Positions 36,965 to 49,080 of a stretch of 64,000 nt of DNA are shown here, piece after piece. Location of the stretch: positions 1-64,000 of the forward strand of contig NIVC01001178.1 in assembly GCA_002269645.1 (NCBI GenBank), read 5' to 3'. The notes under the pieces are model-generated. The model was not told the origin of the DNA, did no database searches, and saw nothing but the letters and a program-made list of their open reading frames with translations. Every line of letters starts with the position of its first letter. Positions within the stretch are counted from its first letter, which is position 1. A program made the position numbers and the translations under genes. The DNA comes from Macrostomum lignano. Lineage: Eukaryota.

Positions 36965-37860
36965 TTCAGAGCCACTCATCACGGTGACCCCATGATGGTG
37001 ACCCGTCACGTTGACTTCCTCGCGGTGACTCAATCACAGTGGTTTTATCACGGGGACTCCCATCATGTTGACTCAATTACGGTGAGTCTATGATGTTGAC
37101 CCATTCACGGCGACTCCATCACGGTGACTCCATCATGGTGACTCCATCACGGTGACTCCATCACGGTGACTCCATCACGATGACTCCATCACGGTGACTC
37201 AATCATGGTGATTCCATCACGGGGACTTCCATCACGGTGACTCCATCACGGTGACTCCATCACCTTGACTCAATCACGGTGACTCAATCTCGGTGACTCA
37301 ATCTCGGTGTTTCAATCACAGTGACTCCAAGATGTTGACCCATCACGGTGACTTCATCACGGTGACTCCATCACGGTGACTCCATCACATTGACTCCATC
37401 ACGGTGACTCCATCACGGTGACTCCATCACGGTGACTCCATCACGGTGACTCCATCACGGTGACTCCATCACGGTGACTCCATCACGGTGACTTCATCAT
37501 GGTGACTCCATCACGGTGACTCTATCACGGTGACTTCATCACGGTGACTCCATCACGGTGATTCCATCACGGGGACTTCCGTCACGTTGACTCAATCATG
37601 GTGATTCCATCACGGGGACTTCCGTCACGTTGACTCAATCATGGTGATTCGATCACGGGGACTTCCATCACGTTGACTCATTCACGGTGACTCCATCACC
37701 TTGACTCAATCACGGTGACTCAATCTCGGTGTTTCAATCACAGTGACTCCAAGATGTTGACCCATCACGGTGACTTCATCACGGTGACTCCATCACAATG
37801 ACTCCATCATGGTGACTTCATCACGGTGACTTCCATCACGGCGACTCCATCATTTTGACC
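36965..37860. repeat. 14-bp minisatellite GGTGACTCCATCAC
   Basis: Tandem array in the BHMT1-DMGDH intergenic region. Confidence 0.92.
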
Positions 37861-38149
37861 CAATCACGGCACCTCAGCACTACTACATGAACCTGTAGTT
37901 TGAGATGAGAACCATACACAATTCATTGAAATTTCTTTGCCTATCAATTTTAAGAACAGAAATTGAAAATGATTACAGGTGAAATATTCTTTTCAAAAGG
38001 TGAATTAGGTAAACAGAGACGCCACCTCATTCTGTTTGGCGCCTTCCATTTCAGCCTGTTTGCAATGCATTGAGTCATTCGGTGCCCCTTGAGTCATTCG
38101 GTGCCCCTTGAGTCATTTGGCGCTTTTAGGGGTTGGCGTCCCCAATGAA

Positions 38150-38885
38150 TCCGCCATTTGGCGCCCCCCATCGAATATATTTGGCGCCCATATATATATT
38201 TGGCGCCCCCAATGAATCAATTTGGTGCCCCCATTGAATCTATTTGGCGCCCCTATTGGATCTATTTGGCCCCCCTATTGGATCTATTTGGCGCCCCTAT
38301 TGGATCTATTTGGCGCCCCTATTGGATCTATTTGGTGCCTCCATTGGATCAATTTGGCGCCCCCATTGGATCAATTTGGTGCCCCCATTGAATCTATTTG
38401 GCGCCCCCATTGGATCTATTTGGCCCCCCTATTGGATCTATTTGGCGCCCCTATTGGATCTATTTGGCGCCCCTATTGGATCTATTTGGTGCCTCCATTG
38501 GATCAATTTGGCGCCCCCATTGGATCAATTTGGCGCCCCCATTGGATCTATTTGGCGCCCCTATTGTATCCATTTGGCGCCCCTATTGGATCTATTTGGC
38601 GCCCCTATTGTATCTATTTGGCGCCCCTATCGGATCTATTTGGCGCCCCCATTGGATCTATTTGGCGCCCCTATTGGATCTATTTGACGCCCCCATTGGA
38701 TCTATTTGGCGCCCCTATTGGATCTATTTGGCGCCCCTATTGGATCTATTTGACGCCCCCATTGGATCTATTTGGCGCCCCTATTGGATCAATTTGGCGC
38801 CCCTATTGGATCAATTTGGCGCCCCTATTGGATCTATTTTGGCGCCCCCATTGGATCTATTTGGCGCCCCCATTGAATCTATTTT
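38150..38885. repeat. 22-bp minisatellite TTGGCGCCCCTATTGGATCTAT
   Basis: Tandem array; it produces the spurious repetitive ORFs at 38158-38916. Confidence 0.93.
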
Positions 38886-39352
38886 AAGCGCACAAATTTC
38901 GGTTATTGCATGCTGATTCAGGTCTGAACTTCACATAAACATAAACTTGGTCACAGTCACAATCTTGAATATGCTTGAAATTATAATAGCGATATTTTTC
39001 CAGGCACGTATGTTAGTGTTTACACCCAGCTGTGCAACAGACTGTGCGTGTGTGTGTTGACAGAGCCCCCGCATGAGCTGCGCTTGTTATGAACTTTTTG
39101 GGTGCAATCCATATTTTCCCTTGTTTCTATTTTTAAGTTCTAATAGAAAAATGGCATATACTGTTTTCTCAAGTATGGTTAGTCTCACTTTCCTAGAGTG
39201 ACTCACATTTAACCTTGGCGAGCAACTTCATTTAAACAAGATTTAATAACTTTGCCATTACGGCTATAATTTTTGTTTTGGTTCTATCAAGTTCTGTCCA
39301 GTTTGTTCAAGTTTACTTGAACCGAAATGACTGAATGAGTAAACACACGGAA

Positions 39353-39370
39353 AACCGGTTTAAACCGGTT
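39353..39370. promoter_or_regulatory. 18-bp palindrome AACCGGTTTAAACCGGTT (tandem Grainyhead / CP2-type site) upstream of DMGDH
   Basis: Perfect palindrome, identical to 55484-55501. Fits AACCGGTT x2 and CNRG-N6-CNRG. Function is inferred. Confidence 0.55.
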
Positions 39371-39699
39371 CTTCTGCTGTCTGCCGCAGCCAACTCTTGC
39401 CCCCGTCTAGTGGGCTGCTGACTTGTACAGGTTTGAGATTAGTCAGAGTGGCCTTGAAGTTCTGGGGGGTGTGGACGCGCAGGTCATGTGATCTGTCTTT
39501 TTTTGCTTTCTTCGAAATACTACTGTGTAATCTAGGTAAAAGTAGTATAGTGCTTGAAATCCAAATATTTTAAGCTATTTTTTATTTCTTCTCTTAGTTT
39601 CTCCTGTAGCTCAATTTGGCATACCTACTCAAGGCTGCAAGTGTTGAGTAAAAAAATTGTGTTGAGTAGTGTTAAGTAAAAATAATAAGTGTAAAATTT

Positions 39700-40225
39700 A
39701 TAGCCTGTGCTCAGTCTTAGTTATAGATTGTTTACAGTCTCAGTCATAGACTGTTTACAGTCTCAGTCATAGATTGTGTACAGTCTCAGTCATAGATTGT
39801 GTACATTCTCAGTCATAGATTGTGTACATTCTCAGTCATAGATTGTGTACATTCTCAGTCATAGATTGTGTACAACAGTCTCAGTCATAGATTGTGTACA
39901 TTCTCAGTCATAGATTGTGTACATTCTCAGTCATAAATTGTGTACAACAGTCTCAGTCATAGATTGTGTACATTCTCAGTCATAGATTGTGTACAACAGT
40001 CTCAGTCATAGATTGTGTACATTCTGAGTCATAGATTGTTTACAGTCTCAGTCATAGATTTTGTACATTCTGAGTCATAGATTGTTTACAGTCTCAGTCA
40101 TAGATTGTGTACATTCTGAGTCATAGATTGTTTACAGTCTCAGTCATAGATTGTGTACATTCTCAGTCATAGATTGTGTACAACAGTCTCAGTCATAGAT
40201 TGTGTACAACAGTGTCAGTCATAGA
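39700..40225. repeat. 23-bp minisatellite GTGTACATTCTCAGTCATAGATT
   Basis: Same family as 22755-23643; ends about 50 bp before the DMGDH ATG. Confidence 0.93.
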
Positions 40226-40273
40226 CAGCACTGGTCGTGGGACGATGTCACGGCAGGGTGTAAAGAATATTTA

Positions 40274-43200
40274 ATGGAAATGTTCATTCTCAGTAGTGTC
40301 AAAAGCATCAGTTGTTCTACATTATCCTACCCTCGCAGGGCTCTCTCGTCTTCCACAGAGCAGCAGCGCCAGCATCCTCTGTCCAAGCGATCGAGCAATG
40401 AAGCCGAAGTTGTAATCATTGGCGGTGGCATTGTGGGCGTCAGCACTGCTTACCATTTGGCTAAGGCCGGAGTTAAGGATGTTGTTCTGTTGGAGAAATC
40501 TGAACTTACCGCCGGTTCTACTTGGCACGCTGTGAGTAGCGTGTTTAGCGTATCGTCGATAAAATTGCTGACAAAATGTTAAATAAAATATTGAATTTTT
40601 GTTACTTTTATCTCTGTGAATTATTTTACTTCAAAAAAAGACAGTTATGTTGATTTTATCTCGCAGTTAAGTGTTCCATTCCTTTGTAACAGCTCAGTGC
40701 CATTCCTTTGTAACAGTTCATTGCCATTCCTGTGTAACAGTTCAGTGCCATTCCTGTGTAACAGTTCAGTGCCATTCCTTTGTAACAGTTCATTGCCATT
40801 CCTGTGTAACAGTTCATTGCCATTCCTGTGTAACAGTTCAGTGCCATTCCTGTGTAACAGTTCATTGCCATTCCTGTGTAACAGTTCATTGCCATTCCTG
40901 TGTAACAGTTCAGTGCCATTCCTGTGTAACAGTTCAGTGCCATTCCTGTGTAACAGTTCAGTGCCATTCCTTTGTAACAGTTCATTGCCATTCCTGTGTA
41001 ACAGTTCAGTGCCATTCCTGTGTAACAGTTCATTGCCATTCCTGTGTAACAGTTCAGTGCCATTCCTGTGTAACAGTTCATTGCCATTCCTGTGTAACAG
41101 TTCAGTGCCATTCCTGTGTAACAGTTCAGTGCCATTCCTGTGTAACAGTTCAGTGCCATTCCTGTGTAACAGTTCAGTGCCATTCCTGTGTAACAGTTCA
41201 TTGCCATTCCTGTGTAACAGTTCAGTGCCATTCCTGTGTAACAGTTCATTGCCATTCCTGTGTAACAGTTCAGTGCCATTCCTGTGTAACAGTTCATTGC
41301 CATTCCTGTGTAACAGTTCAGTGCCATTCCTGTGTAACAGTTCAGTGCCATTCCTGTGTAACAGTTCATTGCCATTCCTGTGTAACAGTTCAGTGCCATT
41401 CCTGTGTAACAGTTCAGTGCCATTCCTGTGTAACAGTTCAGTGCCATTCCTGTGTAACAGTTCAGTGCCATTCCTGTGTAACAGTTCAGTGACATTCCTG
41501 TCTGACAGTTCAGTGCCATTCCTGTCTAACACACAGAAAATGTTCTATAAAAACTGTTTCCCCACACGCAGGCCGGCCTCACCACATTCTTCCACCCGGG
41601 CATTAACGTGCGCCGCGTCCATTACTACAGCATGCAACTGTACTCTCAGCTCGAGGCGGAGACTGACCAACCAGTGGGTCTGCACACTCCAGGCTCCCTG
41701 CGCCTCATCACTACGCCGACTCGCATGGACGAGGCCCGATATCAGATGTCCAGGGCAGCCTGGTGCCAAGCCGAACAGCACCTAGTCGGACCGGAGAAAT
41801 GCTTGGAATTGTGTCCACTGCTCAACATGAGCACAGTGCTCGGTGGGATCTACAACCCTGGAGATGGTCACATCGATCCCTACTCGGTCACAATGGCGCT
41901 AGCCGCCGGGGCGCGTAAGTATGGCGCCGAGCTGTACCAGAACAGCCAGGTACGCGCCACAAGTCAGGACTCAAAAGGTATCTGGACAATAGTGACCGAT
42001 CACGGCGAACTCAAATCCAAGCATCTGGTCAACGCGGCTGGATTTCACGCTCGTGACGTTGGAAAACTGTCGGGATTGGACCTGCCAATCATTCCGGTGC
42101 ATCATCAGTACGTCATCACCAAAGCTGTGCCTGAGGTGGTCCAATTGAAGCGAGAGCTTCCTGTACTGCGCGACTTGGAAGCCTCCTACTATCTTCGCCA
42201 GGAGAAGCAGGGCCTCTTAGTGGGGCCGTACGAGTCTGCGGAGAACATGATGCTCTGCACTGACTGGTACGATAACGGGGTGCCGGACTCGTTCGGTAGG
42301 GAGCTGTTTGAGCCGGACCTTGGCCGAATCATGCCTCACCTGGAGCGCGCCATGGAGATGGTGCCGGCGATGCAGAACGCCGAGATTCAATCCGTCATAT
42401 CCGGGCCGATCACCTACAATGCGGAGAATGCCGGACTGATTGGCCCGGTGGAGGGGCCGCTGAATTATTGGTTGCTAGGCGGCCTTGGTTACGGCATAAT
42501 CCACGGTGGCGGCGTTGGCAAATACGTGGCGGACTGGATTCGTACTGGCGAACCGCCGTACGATTTGATTGAGCTGGACGCTAACAGGTATGGCAGAGTT
42601 TGGGGTCGGCAATTGCATGTTTAGACTGGGGAAACTGTGTGTTGAGATTGGGCAACCGTATCTTTGGAGTGTGGGTCAACCGTGTGTTTAAATTGGGCAA
42701 CCGTGTCTTTGGAGTGTGGGTCAACCGTGTGTTTAAATTGGGCAACCGTGTCTTTGAATTTTGGGTCAACCGTGTCTTTGAATTTTGGGTCAACCGTGTC
42801 TTTGGACTGGGGCAACCGTGTCTTTGGACTGGGGCAACCGTGTCTTTGGACTGGGGCAATCGTGTGTTTAGACTGGGGCAACCGTGTGTTTAGAATGGGG
42901 CAATCGTGTGTTTAGATTGGGCAACCGTGTCTTTGGAGTGTGGGTCAACCGTGTCTTTAGAGTGGGGCAACCGTATCTTTGGAGTGAGGCAACCTTGTCT
43001 TTGGATTTTGGGTCAACCGTGTCTTTGGACTGGGGCAATCGTGTGTTTAGACTGGGAAACCGTGTGTTTAGACTGGGAAACCGTGTGTTTAGACTGGGAA
43101 ACCGTGTGTTTAGACTGGGGCAATCGTGTGTTTAGACTGGGGCAATCGTGTGTTTAGACTGGGGCAATCGTGTGTTTAGACTGGGGCAATCGTGTGTTTA

Positions 43201-46200
43201 GACTGGGGCAACCGTTTCTTTGGACTGGGGCAACCGTTTCTTTGGACTGGGGCAACCGTGTCTTTGGACTGGGGCAACCGTGTCTTTGGACTGGGGCAAC
43301 CGTGTCTTTGGACTGGGGCAATCGTGTGTTTAGACTGGGGCAACCGTTTCTTTGGACTGGGGCAACCGTTTCTTTGGACTGGGGCAACCGTTTCTTTGGA
43401 CTGGGGCAACCGTTTCTTTGGAGTGGGACAATTTAAAAGTCAGGGCCGCTATACGTACACCTTGTGTGACCGCTTACCTTTATACGCATCCGTGTGCGTG
43501 CTCCGGGATGAGCGGATCGATCGTCGAGCTGCTTGACTTTTCGCTTTTGCCCCAAAGCGAGCCAACTACCCATCCGACAGGTACGGCTGGTGGGCCGACC
43601 GGAGCTACACGCACGCGAAGAGCCGCGAGACCTACGGGCTGAATAACGCTGTCGGCTATCCCAAGGAGGAGCGATTCGCCGGCAGGCCAACGAAACGCGC
43701 TGCTCAGACCAGCGCCCTGTACGACGAGTTGAAATCGGCCGGTGCCGAGTTTGGCTTTCACAACGGCTGGGAGCAGCCGCACTGGTTCGGCTTGACCGAG
43801 GAGGAGCGACGCTACGAGCCTTCTTTCCGACGAGGGAACTGGTTCCCAGCGATGCAGCGGGAATGCGAGGGAGTGCTGAACCGGGCTGGCGTTATGGATA
43901 TTACGCCATTTTCAAAGTTCGAGATTTCTGGTATGTGGCGTTAGGGTTTGAACTAGTGTCACTCTGAATCTGCTAATGTGTCACTCTGAATCTGCCAATG
44001 TGTCACTCTGAATCTGCCAATGCGTCACTCTGAATCAGCCAATGTGTCACTCTGAATCTGCCAATGTGTCACTCTGAATCTGCCAATGTGTTACTCTGAA
44101 TCAGCCAATGTGTCACTCTGAATCAGCCAATGTGTCACTCTGAATCAGCCAATGTGTCACTCTGAATCTGCCAATGTGTCACTCTGAATCAGCCAATGTG
44201 TCACTCTGAATCAGTTAATTTGTCACTCTGAATCAGCCAATGCGTCACTCTGAATCAGCCAATGTGTCACTCTGAATCAGCCGATGTGTCACTCTGAATC
44301 AGCCAATGTGTCACTCTGAATCTGCCAATGTGTCACTCTCAATCTACCAATGTGTCACTCTGAATCTGCCAATGTGTCACTCTGAATCAGCCAATGTGTC
44401 ACTCTGAATCAGCCAATGTGTCACTCTGAATCAGCCAATGTGTCACTCTGAATCTGCCAATGTGTCACTCTGAATCAGCCAATGTGTCACTCTGAATCAG
44501 CCAATGTGTCACTTCGAACCAGCCAATGTGTCACTCTGAATCTGCCAATGTGTCACTCTGAATCAGCCAATGTGTCACTCTGAATCAGCCAATGTGTCAC
44601 TTCGAACCAGCCAATGTGTCACTCTGAATCTGCCAATGTGTGACTCTGAATCAGCCAATGTGTCACTCTGAATCTGCCAATGTGTCACTTTGAATCAGCC
44701 AAAGTGTCACTCTGAATCAGCCAATGTGTCACTCTGAATCTCCGAATGTGTCACTCTGAATCTCCGAATGTGTCACTCTGAATCAGCCAATGTGTCACTC
44801 TGAATCAGCCAATGTGTGACTCTGAATCAGCCAATGCGTCACTCTGCATCTGTCAATGTGTCACTCTGAATCAGCCAATGTGTCACTCTAAATCTATAAT
44901 TGTCACTCTGAATGTCTGAATGTCACTCGTTAGATGCAGGAGGCCGTGTGCACCCTGGCGCACCTTAAACGACATTGTCACACAACCGGCCAGAGACATT
45001 GCTGCCCGTTTCGCCGACTCCCCTAAGCAGACACACAAGCGCGCGGATACGTACGCAGTCATACGCACAGGCACACACTCACACAGGAGTTTACAGCGGC
45101 TCTTTTATCGTTAGGCATGTACACTTCACCGTGCCTTGGGGGTTGGCCCTCAAAGGCGTTAATTGCACGAGCAGAGCCAAGCCGAGATTCCAATTCAGCC
45201 CCAAATTAATTTGACTGCACTTGGAATCGAGCCTGGGCCGCTGGCACATCAGAGCGCCACGCTGGACCACTGGGCTCCGGCCTCAGTTCTGAATCTGACA
45301 GTTGTCCAATGGCCAGTCATTAGAATCCATAACCATAATCCAAGAAATATTGTTTTTCACTGGGTTTTCTCATTGCATTCAAAATATCAAGGTTTCCAAG
45401 CAGAATGCATCCAACAAGACCAACCCTCAAAAATTCTCAACAAGGCCCTCGAGCCGGAGAATTCCTGGACCTGGTGACTGCAAACCGACTGCCCAAAGTG
45501 AACCGCACCTGCATCACGCACATGCTCACGCCAAGGGGCCGAGTGTTCTCTGAGATGACTCTGACTTGCTTGCCAGCCGATGATGGCCAACAGAAGTTCC
45601 GGGCCCTGACCGGTTCCGGCTCTGAGATGCACGACCTCATCTGGCTGAAGGACTGGCGACACAAACTCCGCTTCCAGGACGGCGTCAAGATCGACAACGT
45701 CACGGATTCGATCGGCTGCCTGTCTGTAGCCGGTCCGCTGTCCCGTGAAATTCTTCAGTCGTTGACCTCGGAGAGCCTCGATGCGGGGTCTTATCCGTTT
45801 CTGCAGGCTAAGCAGCTGCAAATTGATGGAGTTGACTGCTTGGCCATCAGAATATCCTACACAGGAGAGCTGGGCTGGGAGCTCTACTGTGGGATCGGAG
45901 AGCTGGCCAGGCTGTACAAATCCATCTGGCGGTGTGGACAGCCGCTCGGTCTGGTGAACTTCGGCTCGTACGCGATGAACTCGCTCCGGCTGGAGAAAGG
46001 GTTCGCCATGTGGGGAGCCGAGATGAACTGCGACACTGGCCCATTGGAGGCTGGCCTCGGCGGCTTCATCAGGCTGGGAAAGTCTGCAGATTTTGTTGGG
46101 AAAGCTGCCGTGGCGGAGGCGAAGCTGAAACTGCAACAGGATGGAGCCCGTCAGTTGAGGATGCTGCGAGTTGACAGTGTTGACGTGGATCCTGAAGGCA

Positions 46201-47767
46201 ACGAATCAGTCTGGTTGGACGGCAAGGTGAGCAAACCGTACCTGGTTTTACTTATTTCATAGATTATCGAACAGTTTATAGTAAAATATGAAAACGAGTT
46301 AACCTACGTAAAAATAAAATCATCGTTCCTCTAAGTTTGGAAGTTATACTACTTTCTATAAGTAGGTTGTAAATGTAAACATGTAAATAGCTATTTGATT
46401 GGGAAATGAAACACGGTATGTAAAATATATAATTACAACTATTATATATTGAATAACCCTGCCCATTCCACTGTCAGTCATGTACACTGTGTAACCCCTT
46501 AACAAACAAAAAGTATGATAATTACAGACAGATTAAAAAGTAGGGTTTCCTTGGATTCTCAGAATCGTGCGTTCGTTTGATGTGGCAATGACGCAGTGGC
46601 ATTGTTATTAACGGAGTACAGTGGTCTATTGTTTCATACATGTAGCTAACTAATTTCCGGGCATTAATCAAATCATTTAACTGATTGGTTGGAACAGAGC
46701 AACTGAACAAACTGCTATTGTACCAGTATTCCATTCTTCATGCGGTACAATGCAGAATTCCCTAAGCTAATCTATTCTTCCTACTTTAGTAAAGATTATT
46801 AAAAGCTGCTCCAATTCATCTGACTTCCTCATAGAGGCATTAATCTTGTATTTGCATCATATATACCGGTAGATTTGTACTTTAGTGTACGGTAATATAG
46901 AGATATATATATAATCGGTAAACCTTAGCAAGGGCCTTGATACATGAATGATGTGTAACTTTTACATGTACGTTTAAATCGTGAAACTTTTTGTGCAAAA
47001 CTTTGAGTTTAAATCTTACCAAATCTCTATTCTTCTGCCTAAATCAACCTAAATCTAGATTCATCTACCTGAATCTAGACCCATCAAACTAAATCTAGAC
47101 CCATCAACTTAAATCTAGATTCATCTATCTAAAGCTGGACTCATCAACCTAAATCTAGACCTATCTACCTGAATTTAGATTCATCTAACTAAATCTGGAT
47201 TCATCTACCTAAATCTAGATTCATCTAACTAAATCTAGATTCATCTACCTAAATCTAGATTCATCCAACTAAAGCTAGATTCATCTACCTAAATCTAGAC
47301 CTATCTACCTGAATTTAGATTCATCTAACTAAATCTAGACCCATCAAACTAAATCTAGACCCATCAAACTAAATCTAGACCCATCAAACTAAATCTAGAC
47401 CCATCAAACTAAATCTAGACCCATCAACCTAAATCTAGACCCATCAAACTAAATCTAGACCAATCAACCTAAATCTAGACCCATCAAACTAAATCTAGAT
47501 ATATCTACCTAAACCTTCGCAATAAACCACCACTCAAACCCCTAAAAGGTGGTCGGCAACACGACATCCGGTAGCTACAGTTTCAGCCGCGGTCACGGAC
47601 TCGCCTTTGCATACGTGCCCGCCAGCCTGGGCGCCGGCACCCAGCTGGAGGTGGATCTTCTCGGTCGTCGCGTCCCGGCAGTGGTGCTGTCGAAACCACC
47701 GTTGCTGCCGGAGCAGGCGAGAAAGAAGAAACCCGAAGCGGCATCCGTTGGTTCGAGTCAGCAATGA
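40274..47767 (+). CDS. DMGDH: Dimethylglycine dehydrogenase, mitochondrial; exons 40274-40531, 41572-42587, 43581-43930, 45445-46226, 47549-47767 (874 aa)
   Basis: FAD motif [10 protein letters not shown], covalent-flavin motif [10 protein letters not shown]|[22 protein letters not shown], and a GcvT folate domain ([19 protein letters not shown]). Exon total 2625 nt is in frame. The last two acceptors are AAG. The N-terminus is Ser/Arg-rich like a presequence; exact start uncertain. Confidence 0.95.
40665..41530. repeat. 24-bp minisatellite CAGTTCAGTGCCATTCCTGTGTAA
   Basis: Fills DMGDH intron 1. Confidence 0.95.
42620..43425. repeat. About 22-bp minisatellite GACTGGGGCAACCGTGTCTTTG
   Basis: Fills DMGDH intron 2. 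Confidence 0.93.
43955..44915. repeat. 22-bp minisatellite GTGTCACTCTGAATCAGCCAAT
   Basis: 5' part of DMGDH intron 3. Confidence 0.95.
44940..45282 (-). mobile_element. SINE family A, copy 3 (DMGDH intron 3)
   Basis: Reverse-complement similarity to 39-396 along its length. Confidence 0.82.
47040..47515. repeat. 20-bp minisatellite AAATCTAGACCCATCAAACT and variants
   Basis: 3' end of DMGDH intron 4, ending close to the acceptor. Confidence 0.9.
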
Positions 47768-49080
47768 TCTGGATCACGATAGTCATTGTGGTTCATGATG
47801 ACGATTAGAAAATTGATTGTGTACAGATAGAGATAGATTCGTGATTAGATTGGGATATAAACATGATTAGATTGGAATACAATCGTGATTATATTGGGAT
47901 AATCGTTATTAGATTTCGATATAATCGTGATTAGATTGAGATAGAATCGCGATTAGTTTTAGATAGAACCGTCATTAGTTCGCTGTTATTAGGATTCATT
48001 GTAGATATTGACAGGGATATGTTATAATGTCACTTCGTTAAGTACGACCTTTTGATTGATTTATTTCTTTTACCAAATGTTTGTTTCCTAATTATAATGT
48101 AAATCTTCCATCGGACTCAGTCCGGAAATTCTCGTCGCAAAATATGTTCGTTCAATAGTTTATCTATAAGATCTATAGATAAAAATAGATTCGTGGGTTA
48201 ATGTATTTATTAGGGTAAAATTCTGTCATTAAATGCCCTTGACAGAAACTGGTGCAGATTTGATTTATTTTTTGTTTAATTTATTATACTTTTAAAATTG
48301 TTTATAGAATTTGGATTTTGCTTAATCTTGTTCTCATTTTTCAGATCTCTCAGTAATTTCGGTTGCTGCCACGTAGTGCGAGGAATCATTGATTTAGTAA
48401 ATTTTTATGCTGTCTTTATTAATTAATAAATATTATGTTATAAGCAATCTTTTGTAAAATGATCCTGATTAGTAATGCGCATTCTAATAAATTAAATTTA
48501 CATACCAATAGCTACAGTTCTCGTCGTAAATACCTTTATTTTTTTAAATACATCCTTATTTATTGCCGGTGTGTGTTCGTAAAACTGTGCTTTTTCCGGC
48601 TTGAGAATAATTTAACACATTTTCTAATGTTAGTTAAAGGTTTGAAAAAATTAAATTTAAAATAAGGGCAAAGTTTTCAATGTGGACGAAACAAACAGGG
48701 TTTTTTTAAATTTCACTTATTTATTTTGCTGTGGGGTGGCAGCCGTACAGTCTGAAATTTTACTTAGCTTTATACTGGACGTCTATAGAACTAGTAAGGC
48801 TCGCAGTTTAATGTTGACTGGAGTAAATTGAAAGCAATAATGAATAAGTTCTTTATAGCTAATGTCTAAGAAATGATGAAAAAATTAAAACTGTCAGAAA
48901 CGTTTTAGCTTACTGCGTTTTAATTTGCAAAATTATTCTTGTAGAGTAGAATGACCTTTCTCGACACTTTTCTATCATCGATTTACTAAGACTTCGTGTT
49001 TGAATTTCGCAGCAGCCATAATTATCAATGAGGAAGATGACAATGAAACAAATAAAAAGCAAATGGTTGATTTATTTTTT

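Noticed and set aside
36667-36975. 102-aa ORF between BHMT1 and DMGDH
   Set aside because: AT-rich, with no ATG start and no recognisable motif.
38158-43536. Repetitive ORFs ([21 protein letters not shown])
   Set aside because: They are products of tandem arrays lacking stop codons, not collagen-like or antifreeze proteins.
40274-47767. Calling the flavoprotein sarcosine dehydrogenase
   Set aside because: The motifs [19 protein letters not shown] and YW(L)..[12 protein letters not shown] match my recall of DMGDH better; a phylogeny would be decisive.
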